A DNA stretch of 58,482 nucleotides, filler included, from Sphacelaria rigidula (taxonomy: Eukaryota): assembly GCA_964200075.2 (NCBI GenBank). It is 10 parts of 10 records of this genome, joined end to end, with 100 filler letters (N's around TTAATTAATTAA, not from the genome) between each part and the next. Parts side by side here need not be neighbours in the genome. Positions count along the whole stretch, not along the records: positions 11,719 to 17,476 come from CAXNAA020024670.1; positions 17,577 to 23,334 come from CAXNAA020024671.1; positions 23,435 to 29,192 come from CAXNAA020024672.1; 7 more parts are not named here. One strand, written 5' to 3'. The notes under the pieces are model-generated. The model ran no database searches. It was not told the DNA's origin and worked only from the letters and a program-made list of their open reading frames with translations. Below are positions 12,530 through 24,358 of this stretch, in pieces (the first letter of the stretch is position 1; each line of letters starts with the position of its first letter). Position numbers and translations under genes: made by a program.

Positions 12530-14250
12530 GTCCACGGGTGTTGTCGCGGCGACCAGTGGTGGTCCTGGCGGGGGTACGCAGAACGTGCGGACATCCGGCG
12601 GACCGAGACACCGCCAAAACCAGCAGCAATCATACTGTAACTGTCACAACACCAACGGCCATGATGATTCTAACTGTCCTGCTCGCCGCGGCCTTTACCC
12701 TCAAGCAAGTCATGGTGGTAAAGGGGGTGGTATACCCCGCAAAATGGCCTACGCCGGCCCTGGAGCAATGGGACATGGACCACCGCAACAGCATGGACCA
12801 CTGCAACAGCATCATGTAGCACCTCAGCAACAAGTACGACAGGGCACAAGAGGACAAGGACGTGGACAAAACCGCAGGTATGGCGATGATGTACGGGGTG
12901 GTAGGTTCGTTGAGTCACCACCGCACTCAGGAACTCAACTACCGTACTATGAACCCCCGCCAGGGGATTACGATTACTCCGGATATCCTATGGAGCTGTA
13001 CCACCCGTTTGGGGATGAACCCCCCATTCACCCCGCTGACACAAGAAACGCTGCACTGCCTGTGGGGAGTTGGGCCACATGCACATGTACTGCCCATCGC
13101 GCAGAGGTCGGCCGCACAATATCATCACGTCACAACATGCTGCCCGAGTCAATCACGAGGGACAACACCCCCCCTCGTCGATGCAACACTCGTACGGTGT
13201 AGTCAACGCCGTGCAACCTGTGACGGTTTAAGAGATAACCACCTAGACTACTGACCAGTCAGCGCTGACTGCTCAGTAGTCTAGTTGGTTACCTCTTAAA
13301 CCGTCACAAAAGTTAGTCGCTGGTTCGAATCCCGTCGGACGCACTTTCTTCGAAGAAAAAAAAAAGAGGAGAGAAAACCTCTGTAAAAAATTGGCCCCAA
13401 GGAGAGAAAACCTCTTAAACCATCACAAACAGTACGATGAGCCCAGTGATTTCTACGACTGGTGTGGGCCAGAAGAGAATGAGTACACATGGGAGGAAAT
13501 CCAGAGCCCTTAGTGGGTCCGGTTTTGCTCATTGTGTGCAGTCATCTCATCAACAATTACAACAGCAACAACTTCCCCACCAACAGCAACAGCTTCCTCA
13601 CCACCAACAACAGCTTTCCCATCAACAGCATCAGCAGTAACTTCCCCATCAACAGCAACAGCAACAACTGCCTCCGCTGCGCGTGCTGCCAACATCTCTG
13701 CTGCCAGTTCATTCTCTTCCACGCCCCTGCATTTATGTATGGCACAGTCTGTAAGTGATTCCCGATTTGACTTAGGCCGAGTAGAGTCAGGGAATCTCGC
13801 GTCGTTAAACCAGATTGGTAGGGAAGACATGATAGCTGATGGCACAGAGGTGTGGCTGGCTGACAACGGAACTTCGCACCACACAACTGGATGCATGGAT
13901 GAAATGTTTGATCTTCGCCCCCCCCCCTTCACGAAATGAGCACGTCATTATAGGCAATGGTACCGTACGTCCCGTAATTGCCGTGGGGAGCTTGAAGATC
14001 AAGTTCCACATGCCTGCCTCTTCTGATGCCCCACCTTCGGATTTCTGTGTGCAACTCACAGATGTATACGCCCTCGAGGGTATCCCCTTCAATTGTTCTT
14101 CCTTGCATCAGGTCCAAACGAGACAGGACGTGTTGCTTAGTGAGTCAGGCGTGCATTTGTTTGACGGTAGATTGCGTTTTGATCGCAATGACCGTTCCTC
14201 CTCGCAGCGAGCGACCCGGCTTTCCAAGAAGGGCGATGCTGAGCCAAGAA
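12530..14250 (+). mobile_element. Ty1/copia gag-protease remnant, frameshifted and interrupted by a SINE
   Basis: Knuckle-like CNCHNTNGHDDSNC and a Gln-rich spacer. Then WLADNGTSHHT (copia WxxDSGASxHM protease motif) followed by VIIGNG...VIAVGSL...LTDVYALEGIPFNCSSL. Confidence 0.8.
13264..13430 (+). mobile_element. tRNA-derived SINE inserted in the copia remnant
   Basis: A box TAGTCTAGTTGG, B box GGTTCGAATCC, then an A-rich tract. Confidence 0.7.
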
Positions 14251-14284
14251 GACATGCGGGAGTTGCTGGGAGCCCAACAATAAT

Positions 14285-15952
14285 ATCGGTATGTCATTGA
14301 ACACATTCCTGGAGAGCGCAATTGATGGGGAGATTGTTTGTCTCGCCGGGTGCAGGCCTGTTCGTTCTGTTGCCGTGTCAGCCCGTGTGATGCCGATGAT
14401 TCGCTGCCCTCGTAAGATGTAATTCGTACCGCGGAGCGCAAACAGTCGGCGACGGTGTTCATTCTTTTCCTACGACTTTCGGTCAAGCTGCTATGGCTGA
14501 CGATGGTTTATTTCGCGTGCGTGTTGGCAGCAGTGATGTTTTGTGGATTCCGTCGGATGATAAGACTCTACAAACTCGCTTGATGGTGTGCGCTCACATA
14601 CGGTCGGCTGGTCACCGTGGTGTGGCGCCGACCCTGTTTCGTTTGAAAGAATACTGTGCGTGGCCTCACATGGATTCCCTTCCCACGTCGCGAGTTCGTT
14701 CGCCAGTGTTTGCATTGTGTAGATACTCGTGCTGGTGAGATTGTACCTCGCCCGTATGGCGATACTGTGCATGATACTACGCCAGGTGAAGTTGTTCACT
14801 TTGATTTTCTGTACGTCGGAAGTAGCGGGCCTAAAGGTGCTAATGGTCTGCCTGAGGAGGATGGTTTTCGATGCGTTTTGGTTATCATGGATGATTTGCC
14901 CAATTTCGTTTGCTTGGAGCCGACCGAGTCTTGCACCGCCGAGGTTACGGCTAAGCACTTGCTCCATTGGTGCAAGACTTTGGGGGAGCCGCGTGTTTGG
15001 GTTAGTGATACCGCCAAGAACTTCAAGAATCAAGTGATCGAGCAGCTGAGCGATGCGCTGAAGGTGCAACACCAATTTGCTGTTGCGTATACCCCTTGGT
15101 CGAATGGTGCTCGTAAACGCATGGTGTAAGAGTTTATTCGTTCGTTGCGGTCTATTTTGTCGGATCAGCGACGGCCGGTGTCTGAATGGGTTGGTGTTTT
15201 GCCAGCCGCTCAGTGGGCGTTGAATACTTCTTTTCGTGAACGCTACAGTAAGGCTCCGTATTGCGTGATGTTTGGGCGTATGCCGCGAACAGCGTTTTCC
15301 GCGCTGGCTTCTGTCACTGGCGGCGAGTGGAACGTCGATGTCATGGATGCTGACTCGTTACGTGACAAGGTTCGAAGCGTGGTTGACGAGCAAGTGCGGT
15401 TTTGTAACGAAGTACGAGCTGCTGTCGCGGTGTCTCGTGAAACCAATCGCAAGCTAGCTCAGGGCCAGGCTGTGTTGCCCAAGTTTGCAGTCGGAGATTT
15501 CGTACTGTATGCCCGTCTTCGTAGGCAAGATGTGACGCCAAAGTTGATGTCCACGTGGACGGGTCCGTGGCGAGTGGTCGGAGCCGATCACGCTCACGTG
15601 TATTCGGTGCAGAACATTGTTTCTGGCGCCGTGCACTCGGCCCATGTCGCTCGTTTGCGCTTCTATGCTGACTCGCAGTTGCATATCACTGCGGAATTAA
15701 AAGATGCATTCCAGCATTCGTGCTCAAGGTGAATGTCGGATGAAGGCTTTGGTGCACGTTGCTGAGAATGACAATGGTGATGCCATTGTTTTGGGCGATT
15801 GGGAAGGGTCCGGTGCTGAAGAACATACGTGGAAGTCTCTTCGCAAGACTCATTCTTCTGCGCCTGCATTTGTTTTGAAGGAACTGCGTAAAATGCGGTG
15901 GACTCGGGCGCTGACCAGTAAATTAGAGTCGGAGTATGGTATTTCTTTGTGA
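14285..15952 (+). mobile_element. Ty3/gypsy pol 3' part: RNase H end, integrase, chromodomain (pseudogenised)
   Basis: IEHIPGERN*WGDCLSR (RNase H end); H..AGHRG...CLHC (HHCC); VHFDF, VSDTAKNF and PWSNG (DDE core); WTGPWRV (GPY/F); DWEG...EHTW (chromodomain). Contains internal stops and frameshifts. Confidence 0.93.
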
Positions 15953-16030
15953 TCTGGCGCATGCGATTTCGCCTTGGTTTTTGTTGGTTGTCAAGCTCGT
16001 TTGTTTGTCTTGAACTCGCTTTGGGGGTGC

Positions 16031-16369
16031 TGTAGCTAAACGATACCAAGCCGTAGGTTTCAGTATAATCGCATGCATGATTGGAGCCGTCGCAGGGGAC
16101 AGGGGATCCTGGATTGATGACCCTCACCTGTGTGACCCCTTGCTGTCTAGCTTTCAATGTGGTCTGTTGAGGATCACTCCGTGATAGTAACAAGTGAGAA
16201 GAAAGGAATTGTTGAGCACGAGGCTAGTGCTACTGAAGAAGTCCCTCGTGGATAGTCCCCTTGTTCAGATCGTCTGGCAGAGGCTTCAAAACAAAACTTA
16301 GCCAAACACTAGCTGCTCTTTTCAACGATACGAAGAGGGAAGACTCGAAGAACGCTTCAGAGTACTACA
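16031..16369 (+). mobile_element. 3' LTR of the gypsy element
   Basis: Follows a G-rich PPT-like TTGGGGGTGC; bounded by the inverted termini TGTAG...CTACA. Confidence 0.7.
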
Positions 16370-17177
16370 CCAGGGACAATCATTGTCTGTTGTGGGTACC
16401 GGGGATGAGCATTAGTCAACTTTAGCCATCCAGCACCAGCTGATTCGTGACCTGACAGCACTGGCACACACTCAAAACGAGAACACTGGATTAGCACACA
16501 CCATGCCACTATTGCAGGGTTATTTCTGCTTGAGCAGTACGAACAGGGACTACCGCGAGTACATTCGATCACACGGGTGCAGTCGCTGGGAAAAAACGGT
16601 CTCAACTGATGACGATGCTAATGAGTTGCCTTTCGTGGCTCTGAATGATATTGGAGATTGACTTCCAGGAAGTTCAATGCGTATACATATCTAACAGCCG
16701 ATTTTAAATTTTGGGGTTGAAACAAAAAATGAGATTGAAGTCCCATTTCTCTATTGCAGGGAAGGTACAAAATAGTAAGATAGAGCGAAAGTATATTCCT
16801 TCCCAAACCTCCGCAGCAGGAGTTAACCGTTAGACCGCGAGAGTAGTTCACCCGCTGAATCGGCATCAATATTCACTTGAAAAAAGTGCACGTGGTCCAG
16901 ATGGGCTACGGGCACCGCGGTCCAAGGGTTAAGCAACTCTGGCTAGGTGCACCCAACGAAATGTGGTGTACACGCGTGTCGATAACGATATCATCAAAGA
17001 GAGAAGCAACGGCAGAGAGGAAGCTCCTCGCCCGTGCCCTTTGTGTGTCCCCGCTCGGCGATTACCAAACTCTCGAGAGACTGGCATCCTTGATCTTACC
17101 AGCATGTGCCAAATTTTTCATATGCCAGAACATCGACGTGCGGAGAAATTCCGTGTCTCTTCTCGCCTGTCGCCATC

Positions 17178-17229
17178 GGGTTAGGGTTAGGGTTAGGGTT
17201 AGGGTTAGGGTTACTCCTAACCCTAACCC
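17178..17229. repeat. Interstitial telomeric repeats with an inverted junction
   Basis: (GGGTTA)6 followed by CTCCTAACCCTAACCC. Confidence 0.9.
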
Positions 17230-18319
17230 AAAAGGTGAAGGAGGGCGTCTTCCCTGTTTCCTAGACAGGCATCGATGAACGACGGACGACTTTTGCAGGC
17301 GGATACAATACACATGGGGGCCTGGAGAAGTTCCTTTCCATCAAAATCTGTCTTTTCCAAGCTGCAAAGTGTTTCACGAGCATTGTTTTCTAATACGACC
17401 GGTGACCTGTCGAATTTCGTTCCGTTGTTCAAGTCCTGCTTGATGCTGATCCCGGAAAAGGTTTGTATTGCTGTTTNNNNNNNNNNNNNNNNNNNNNNNN
17501 NNNNNNNNNNNNNNNNNNNNTTAATTAATTAANNNNNNNNNNNNNNNNNNNNNNNNNNNNNNNNNNNNNNNNNNNNGAAAACGCATAAATAAAAAAAAAA
17601 AAAAAATAAAGAAGAAAGAGGATGCGTATGTGGCGAGGGCTGGGTGAGGGGGGGGGGGGGGGGGGGGGGGGGGAGCGTTTTATTCAAGCCCACTTGCAAC
17701 CCACGATCTTGCTTGCGCCTGTCGACTGCACAAATGTGCACTTGATCTCGCCCGGGGCGTACTTCAGCTGCACTTCCATACCCGCCTGGAGACATTTGTT
17801 GACCTGAACATAATGGGGGAAAGTCGTGGAAAATCATCAGGTTTGAAGCAGCACTCAGCGACTTCATCGAGCGAACCATTGCACATCTGTCCTCTACATC
17901 CATGAACGCTTGGAGGGCGAGGAAAATGCCATGACATGTCCAATGGAAACACCGTGGCCGGTCGGCAGTCCTGCAACGGCATTCGCATATCTGCACTTCC
18001 ACACCGCGGCACCCTGGAGACGGCAGGAGTAGGATCCTGGGAGTTTTTTTAGATCCGCTGGTACGATGCAGTATTGCGCGGTACGGTAGCCTCCATCGCC
18101 AGGACTTGGTTCAGGATTGGGGATTTACCGACATTCTGAGCAGTACCAACATCTCCACGTTTCGGACGGAAAAAAAACGTGATTCGGCTCATATTCAACA
18201 TTTGTATGAATCGATCAGACGCTTCGTACACAGGTTGTGACTCGAACATGCTTTGGGTTCGTGATTCGTGCGACACTACTTGGAGTATACACTTCACCCA
18301 TTCGCGATTCGTGCGGTAC

Positions 18320-18515
18320 ACTGATGAATCTACACGTTTCCCTACCTTCCACTCCTACGGTACGAATCAGAGGTACATGTTTCCCGCCTCCCATTCATAC
18401 AGCATGAATCATGAGTACATGTTTCCAACCTTTCATTCATGCGGCATGAATCATAGGCACACCTTCCCCACCTTCCATTCATAGGCCATGAATCACAGGC
18501 ACATGCTTCCCCCCA
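18320..18515. repeat. Degenerate 42-bp tandem array; further arrays at about 20640-20845 and 21900-22300
   Basis: A(T/C)GAATCA recurs at 18362, 18404, 18446 and 18488; unit is about ATGAATCATGAGTACATGTTTCCAACCTTTCATTCATGCGGC. Confidence 0.9.
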
Positions 18516-21233
18516 TCGTTGAAAAACGAATAGGTTATAGCCGCTTGTTGGAAACCCTAGAAGGCGTTCACCGGTCCCGGTTATAAAAAAAATAGTATTT
18601 TCCCCGATCAAACTGGTTCACCCGCGGAACGGTTTAACCGGGAAAGGAGGTGTTACTCCGGCGGTTAAACGGGTTTGACTGTGGCCAAGTTTGGCAGCGA
18701 AAGACGAGTATTTTGCGAAGGGTAGTTAGTCAAGCACTGACGTTTGAGTGACAATGTTACGCAGGGTAATGGAAGACTGCGCGTTTTTCAGCCAAGGCCA
18801 GTGGGCGTAAGTTTCTGTTTACTCTGAAGATCTGCTTTAGTTTCCTCGCGGAGAGTACGGTCATGATGTTGGCGTATACAAGGAGTCTGGCCTGGCCGTC
18901 GGTGTTTTTTCTTGATGAAGTTGATGCGATATATTTTCCCCGGTCGCCCTAGCGCGATTATTGCGTCATCGTTTATTCTGTAGGGCATCATTGACCAGAG
19001 AGAAGGCGCAATCGCGTGGTTTGCGCGGTTTGCAGCGTCTAGTGTGCGCTTTTCCGTTGTCCGCTGTTTTCGTTATTTTAGGACAATGACGCGCTGCACT
19101 TTTCCATTTCAAGTTGAGGGAGAGCATTACCCCTGCTTCTCCCTCCCATTTTCGGGCTTTGGGTTGTAGGGGCGGGCGGGGTGTTGGGTGCAGAGGTTTC
19201 CCTTCCGTCACTCTGTGTTGGCTTGCACGCTATAGCTCACGCCGGAGATTCTTCCCAACGACATAGCGGTATTTTGTGCTACAGGCTGGTTCAGGGTGAA
19301 TGTCCTACATGTATTCCCCACTTGCCACAGAACGCTAAACTGACCCGATAGAAACATATTTGGTACCAGGGTGACCCCTAGGAACAAGCGAGCAGTGTCA
19401 CATGGCCGGACTTTTTCTTCCGTCCTTCGCCGTGACGCCGGTAGTAAAAAAAATTCTCCGCCAATCAGGGATCTTTGAATTGTTCCGAGATAACGACTCA
19501 ATTTTACCCAATCTTATCACGTATGAGACCTCGCCATCAACTAGGAAATCTGACGCAAAAAACATACTCAAACACGGTTTGTATGGGATCGAGTTATAGC
19601 CCCAAAACATCGTATTCCGTTGATTTGGAATTTACGCGTCGTCATATTTCCACTGATGATATGCACCGTATGTCGAGGAAGACCCCTTAGCGCTTCCCCT
19701 TGTAACATGCGTAGAAAAGCTCCAATTATCCTCAAACTTGGCAGTTCAGTAGATGTATGGAGACGAGTAGGAAAATAAATGGTTGAAGAATATTTCAAAG
19801 TTTATCCGCTCTCTACCAGCTTCCGGGAATCCCAGCATGAAGAGCCCCAGAAGCCGTCACAGATTGCTGCAAAATCAAAATTCAAATTCAACTCGTGTCG
19901 AGGTAGTCCAAGGAAGGTTTGTCCGAATGTTTGTTGTGTAATTCGAAAATCTGAGATCCCAAACGGCCGATTCGCGCTCAAGCGCACAAGGAAAACGACG
20001 GTCTGACCCCCTCCCCCCCCTCCCCCCTCCTGGGACCCCAGATATCTGGCAGAAAAAGTTAAAAATCAAAGGACCCATTCGTACAGCCCTTCAACATATT
20101 TCAGAGCACCTGTATGCGAACCTTCAGGATCTAACTCAGAAAAACGGCGTGAGCAATCAGTGGGCAGTGCATTCCGGCCGTTCACCCTGGACCACCCTGC
20201 ATAGCCTCGTCGATTTGTCTATGCCAGTTTCATGCTTCGAACGGCAGCTGTTCAGGTGGTAGCCATCACCATTTCCCATCAAGCATTGACATTGGTGTTA
20301 CCAGTCACTGTGCTGTACGTTCAACAGATGTTGCGCGGGTGCGGAGGCGAGATTGACCCTTGCCGTCAGCGGGAATGGGTCTTTTTCGAGCGTATCGGTC
20401 ACACACCACACCCTAAACATTCAACAACGTCTAATTCACCTGCGCTTGAATGACTCGGGGGCGTTTTGCCTAGCTCATCAGACTAAATTGGTTATGGGTG
20501 AACCGGTTACACCGGCTGAAAAAACAACGGTGTAACCGCCTTCTTGATTCTGAGGATGGCGCCTTCTATCCGGTAACCGTTTTTTTTTGCTGTCGGCTAC
20601 CCACATCTAGTTTCCCCCTTTAGATCATCCACGCAGCAGGAGTCACAGGTTCATATCCCCAACCTTCCATTCATACGAGGTGAATCAAGCGTACATGGTT
20701 CCCAAATTCCCTTCATGCAGGATGAATCATACGAACATGTTTCCCGCTTTTCATTAATGCGGCATAAGTCAGACGTACATGTTCCCCACCTTCTGTTCGT
20801 ATGACATGAATCATGACAGCGTGCTGTTTCCCACCTTTCATGCCATAGGGCCCGATTCTTCGGTGGCGCAGCCTCTTTGCAGGTAGGGTAGTCAAATAGG
20901 AGCGCACAAAAGTTGAACCCCTTAAGACTTACATCCGGAAAAATAAACGAGGTTTCAAATATTGTACTTGCACGTAACACAACACCAACATCAAATATAG
21001 TACACAACACACACGTCTGCGTGCCCAGAGCGGTTCTTCTGACTATTTATTTTCCCGGGCTATGCTCTCGACGGCCTTCGCGATTTCATCATTATGGTTT
21101 CATGTGTGCTGTGGTACACTTGACCTGAATATACTGTATCCAATACCACGAACACTTGCGAAGATACAGCGACGGCACCAGTCGTTCTCACATGTTTCGT
21201 GGGAGTTTTCGGAAGACCTCGGCCAGGGTCAGT

Positions 21234-21549
21234 CGAGTTAACCGGCGTTGGGATACAAATAATCATGTTTGACACATTACTTAGTTCGAGTGTGTACCAC
21301 GAGAATCGGATCTTCAGTAGGGCGGACAGTCCCGTGTTCTCCTCGCGTGTGCAGAAGGCGTTTTCGTTTAAATCGGCGTCATAGGTTCGATTTGGGGGCT
21401 ACCAAGGCCGCACTTTGCCTAGAGAATGGTATGTACCGCCCTTGCCCGAGGGTTCTCGGTATGCATTGGGCTGGGGTTGAGGGTAGGGGTAGCGATACTT
21501 GTAAAATGTGTCAACTATGGACATTTGTAGCCCAACGCCGATTAACTCG
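21234..21549. mobile_element. MITE with about 45-bp TIRs; related copy at about 53514-53830
   Basis: CGAGTTAACCGGCGTTGGGATACAAA... matches the reverse complement of ...TTTGTAGCCCAACGCCGATTAACTCG; the interior is collinear with the second copy. Confidence 0.8.
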
Positions 21550-22746
21550 CCTCGGCAGCGTACACTGCAGTCCGCAGACAGTACGGTACAGCATACCACA
21601 GCACGCATCTGCGCGCCTTGAGGGATCCTTCTAGCTGTTTATTTCCCCGGGCTAAGCTATTGACGGCCGGTGTACGGTTTCATGTTTGGTTCCGCGGTGC
21701 AGTTCGCGTGAATGTATAGAACAGTACGACAAAAGCTTCAGACACCAGCCGTACTGCCAGAGTAGTCTCCGCATGTTCGCGTAAGTTTTCGATAACACTC
21801 CGGCAGCGCCCACTGGAGTCAGCGGACAGTACAGTGCAATGCAGTACAGCGTAGAACTGTACAATCGATACAGCGGACAATAGAGAGTAGAAGTACAAAA
21901 CCCTCCATACATACGGCATGAATCACTGATACATACTGTGTTTCTCCCTTGATTCATACAGCATGAACCACGCCATGTTCTCCACCTTGCAGTCGTGCAG
22001 CGTGAATCATAGGTACACGTTCCCCACCTTTCATGCATGCATCATAAATCATGGGTACATCTTCCTCGCCTTCCATTCGTGCGAGGTGAATCACGCGTAC
22101 GTATTTCCCATTTTCCATTCAAGCAGCATGGACGATATGTACATGTTTTCCGCCTTCCATCCACACGAGGTGAATCAAGCGTACATGTTACCCAACTTCC
22201 ATTAATGCAGCGTGAATCATATGTACACGTTCTCCACCTTCGATTTATCCAAGATGAATCAAGCGGACATGCTTCCCACCAATGATTCATGCATGGAATG
22301 TAATTCGTACTCATCTTAGCACTATCGACTCGTGCGACACTACTTGGAGTGCACACATTCCTACTCAGTGATTCGTGCAGTATGACATTGAACGTACAAC
22401 TCCACCATCCGTGACTCATACCGGACGATTTCGCATTCAAGATTCATGGGGAGTCAACCCGTATGAACTCCAATTCGGCCGAACCGTGACCATCTCGACG
22501 TGTGTCCTCTGTGTGCTGCAAATTGATGCCAAAACCGGGAGTAAACTCCGCAAAACAATTGCAGGCGTGAACACCAACGGTGATATCTAGTCCCAGATAC
22601 AGGAAGGCACGACCGTGTGTTCAATAACGGCAAGATCCAGAATAGCCCTTGATACAAGGAGGTACGGCGGTTCTAGCGGTAAGATGAAAATCCTAGATGC
22701 AGGGAGGCACGACAGTGCTACCCCAAGCAAGAGAAACAGAGCTCAC

Positions 22747-23055
22747 CTCCTCGATAATCTGCGGAACGGGGACGCTCTCTAAAACCTCCCGAAATTCTGC
22801 CGTGGGCTCTTCTCCGGCGCGGCAGCATACGTCTGCCTCGCGAGAGAGCGCAAGGGGACCGTACCCACCCGCTAGGGTGATGACGCAAACGGCTCCTACC
22901 GTGGGGTGTGTGCACAAGGCGACCCCGACGCACTTGAAGTCGCTGGCGAGCAGAGCCCTGCGGTTGTGCCTTGACCTCTCTCCGTCCGACACCAACAGCT
23001 GCGCGACAATGCCCGCGGCAGTCGCGTCGAAGTAGGTGCACACTTCGCCGGCCGT
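22747..23055 (-). CDS. Internal exon of a CAP/SCP-domain protein
   Basis: GEVCTY...IVAQLLVSDGERSRHNRRALLASDFKCVGVA..THPTVGAVCVITLA fits the CAP C-terminal pattern. AAG acceptor (inferred) and GTGAG donor give 309 bp in phase 0. Confidence 0.75.
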
Positions 23056-23814
23056 CTTGGTGAGGGAAGACCGCGTGCGTAGTGGGGACGCGCAAGCAGG
23101 AGCGGGGAACCGGGGAGTAGATCGTTCGCTTGCAGTGATATATCGACACATGATGCCGCGGGGCCGCGGCGGTCTAATGTTCCACGGTTAGGACGAATCA
23201 TCACGACTATGAATCACCGAATCCACGATTTCTTCGGCCTGATTGCCCAACAGGGGAAAAACAAGTTGACCGCTGGTCCAAGGGGTATCCAAGCAACTGT
23301 TGCTCCATTCCACGTGTCTGGGCTGCGTGTACCTNNNNNNNNNNNNNNNNNNNNNNNNNNNNNNNNNNNNNNNNNNNNTTAATTAATTAANNNNNNNNNN
23401 NNNNNNNNNNNNNNNNNNNNNNNNNNNNNNNNNNATAGCTGTAAGCACATGGCAGTCATGAGACGATGAAAAGCACACACGGAATGAAAAATTGGCCAAG
23501 ATAAAGCGCATGATCAAAGCCACTCTCAATCCGCACCCAACTCTCAATCTCACGAAAACCTTGTTACATCCTGTTCGAACGGTCGGCCGCACTGGGGCCC
23601 GAGGAGGCGAGCCGACCTTCTAAACCCGAGAGAACCGCATTCAGGACAACCTGCGTGACCTATAGTCAATCCCACGCAAGAGAGAATACAGGAAATGGTT
23701 TATTTATGGTATGAAGGCTTGAGACTCGCAAAGATTGAGTCACTGTAGCGGAGAACATGAGGAAATTGCAACCGGAATCTCGGACACCATAGCCCCTCCC
23801 CCCCCCCCTACCCC

Positions 23815-24358
23815 CTCGGAACGTGATGGGCTTGCGGGGGAAATGAGGGAAGAGAACGAAGGTGGTATGAAATCGCTTGATGCACTAGACAGTAGGGAGA
23901 AAACGATGGCTATAGTAGGAGATAGAGGCGGCCACAGACGGCGAAAGCTGACAGGAATAAGATATGTAAAATGTTCTCAAGTAATGTATGAAAGAATCAT
24001 GATGAGCACCGAAATGTTGGAGGTTATTCTATCAGGAGAAGGAACAGTGGTCCGTCTCGAAATGTATGCGTGGTCAATGGTCAAGCGACTAAGGCTAGTA
24101 ACAAATGAGTACGCCCTCTCCACTCCCCTGGTACATTAGATAGTAGCGAGAAACGATCGCTATTCTAGGAGGTAGATGGTGGCCACAGGTGGTGAGACAG
24201 GAAGGGGATAAGATATATAAAAGGTTTTATGTAATGTATGAGACAAACGTAATGAGTGCTCACATGTCGGAGGTGTCTATATTAGGTGTAGGAACGGTGC
24301 TCCGTCGCGAGAGGGGCGCGTGACTAGGGCAAGCAAGAAATTAGCACGCTTCCCCCTC
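23815..24358 (+). mobile_element. Two tandem 5'-truncated LINE 3' ends
   Basis: EMREENEGGMKSLDALDSREKTMAI is homologous to 54760-55300; a second partial copy starts near 24138. Confidence 0.75.

Noticed and set aside
13264..13345. Functional tRNA gene (also 1-70, 29753 and 57308)
   Set aside because: A and B boxes are present, but there is no canonical cloverleaf and they run into SINE bodies or tails.
17680..19270. Transposase fragments within the 42-bp-array contig
   Set aside because: Coding-like, but no identifiable catalytic motif, and the termini are too degenerate.
18320..22300. CRISPR array from the regularly spaced repeats
   Set aside because: Units are degenerate along their whole length, there are no unique spacers and no cas genes, and the context is eukaryotic.
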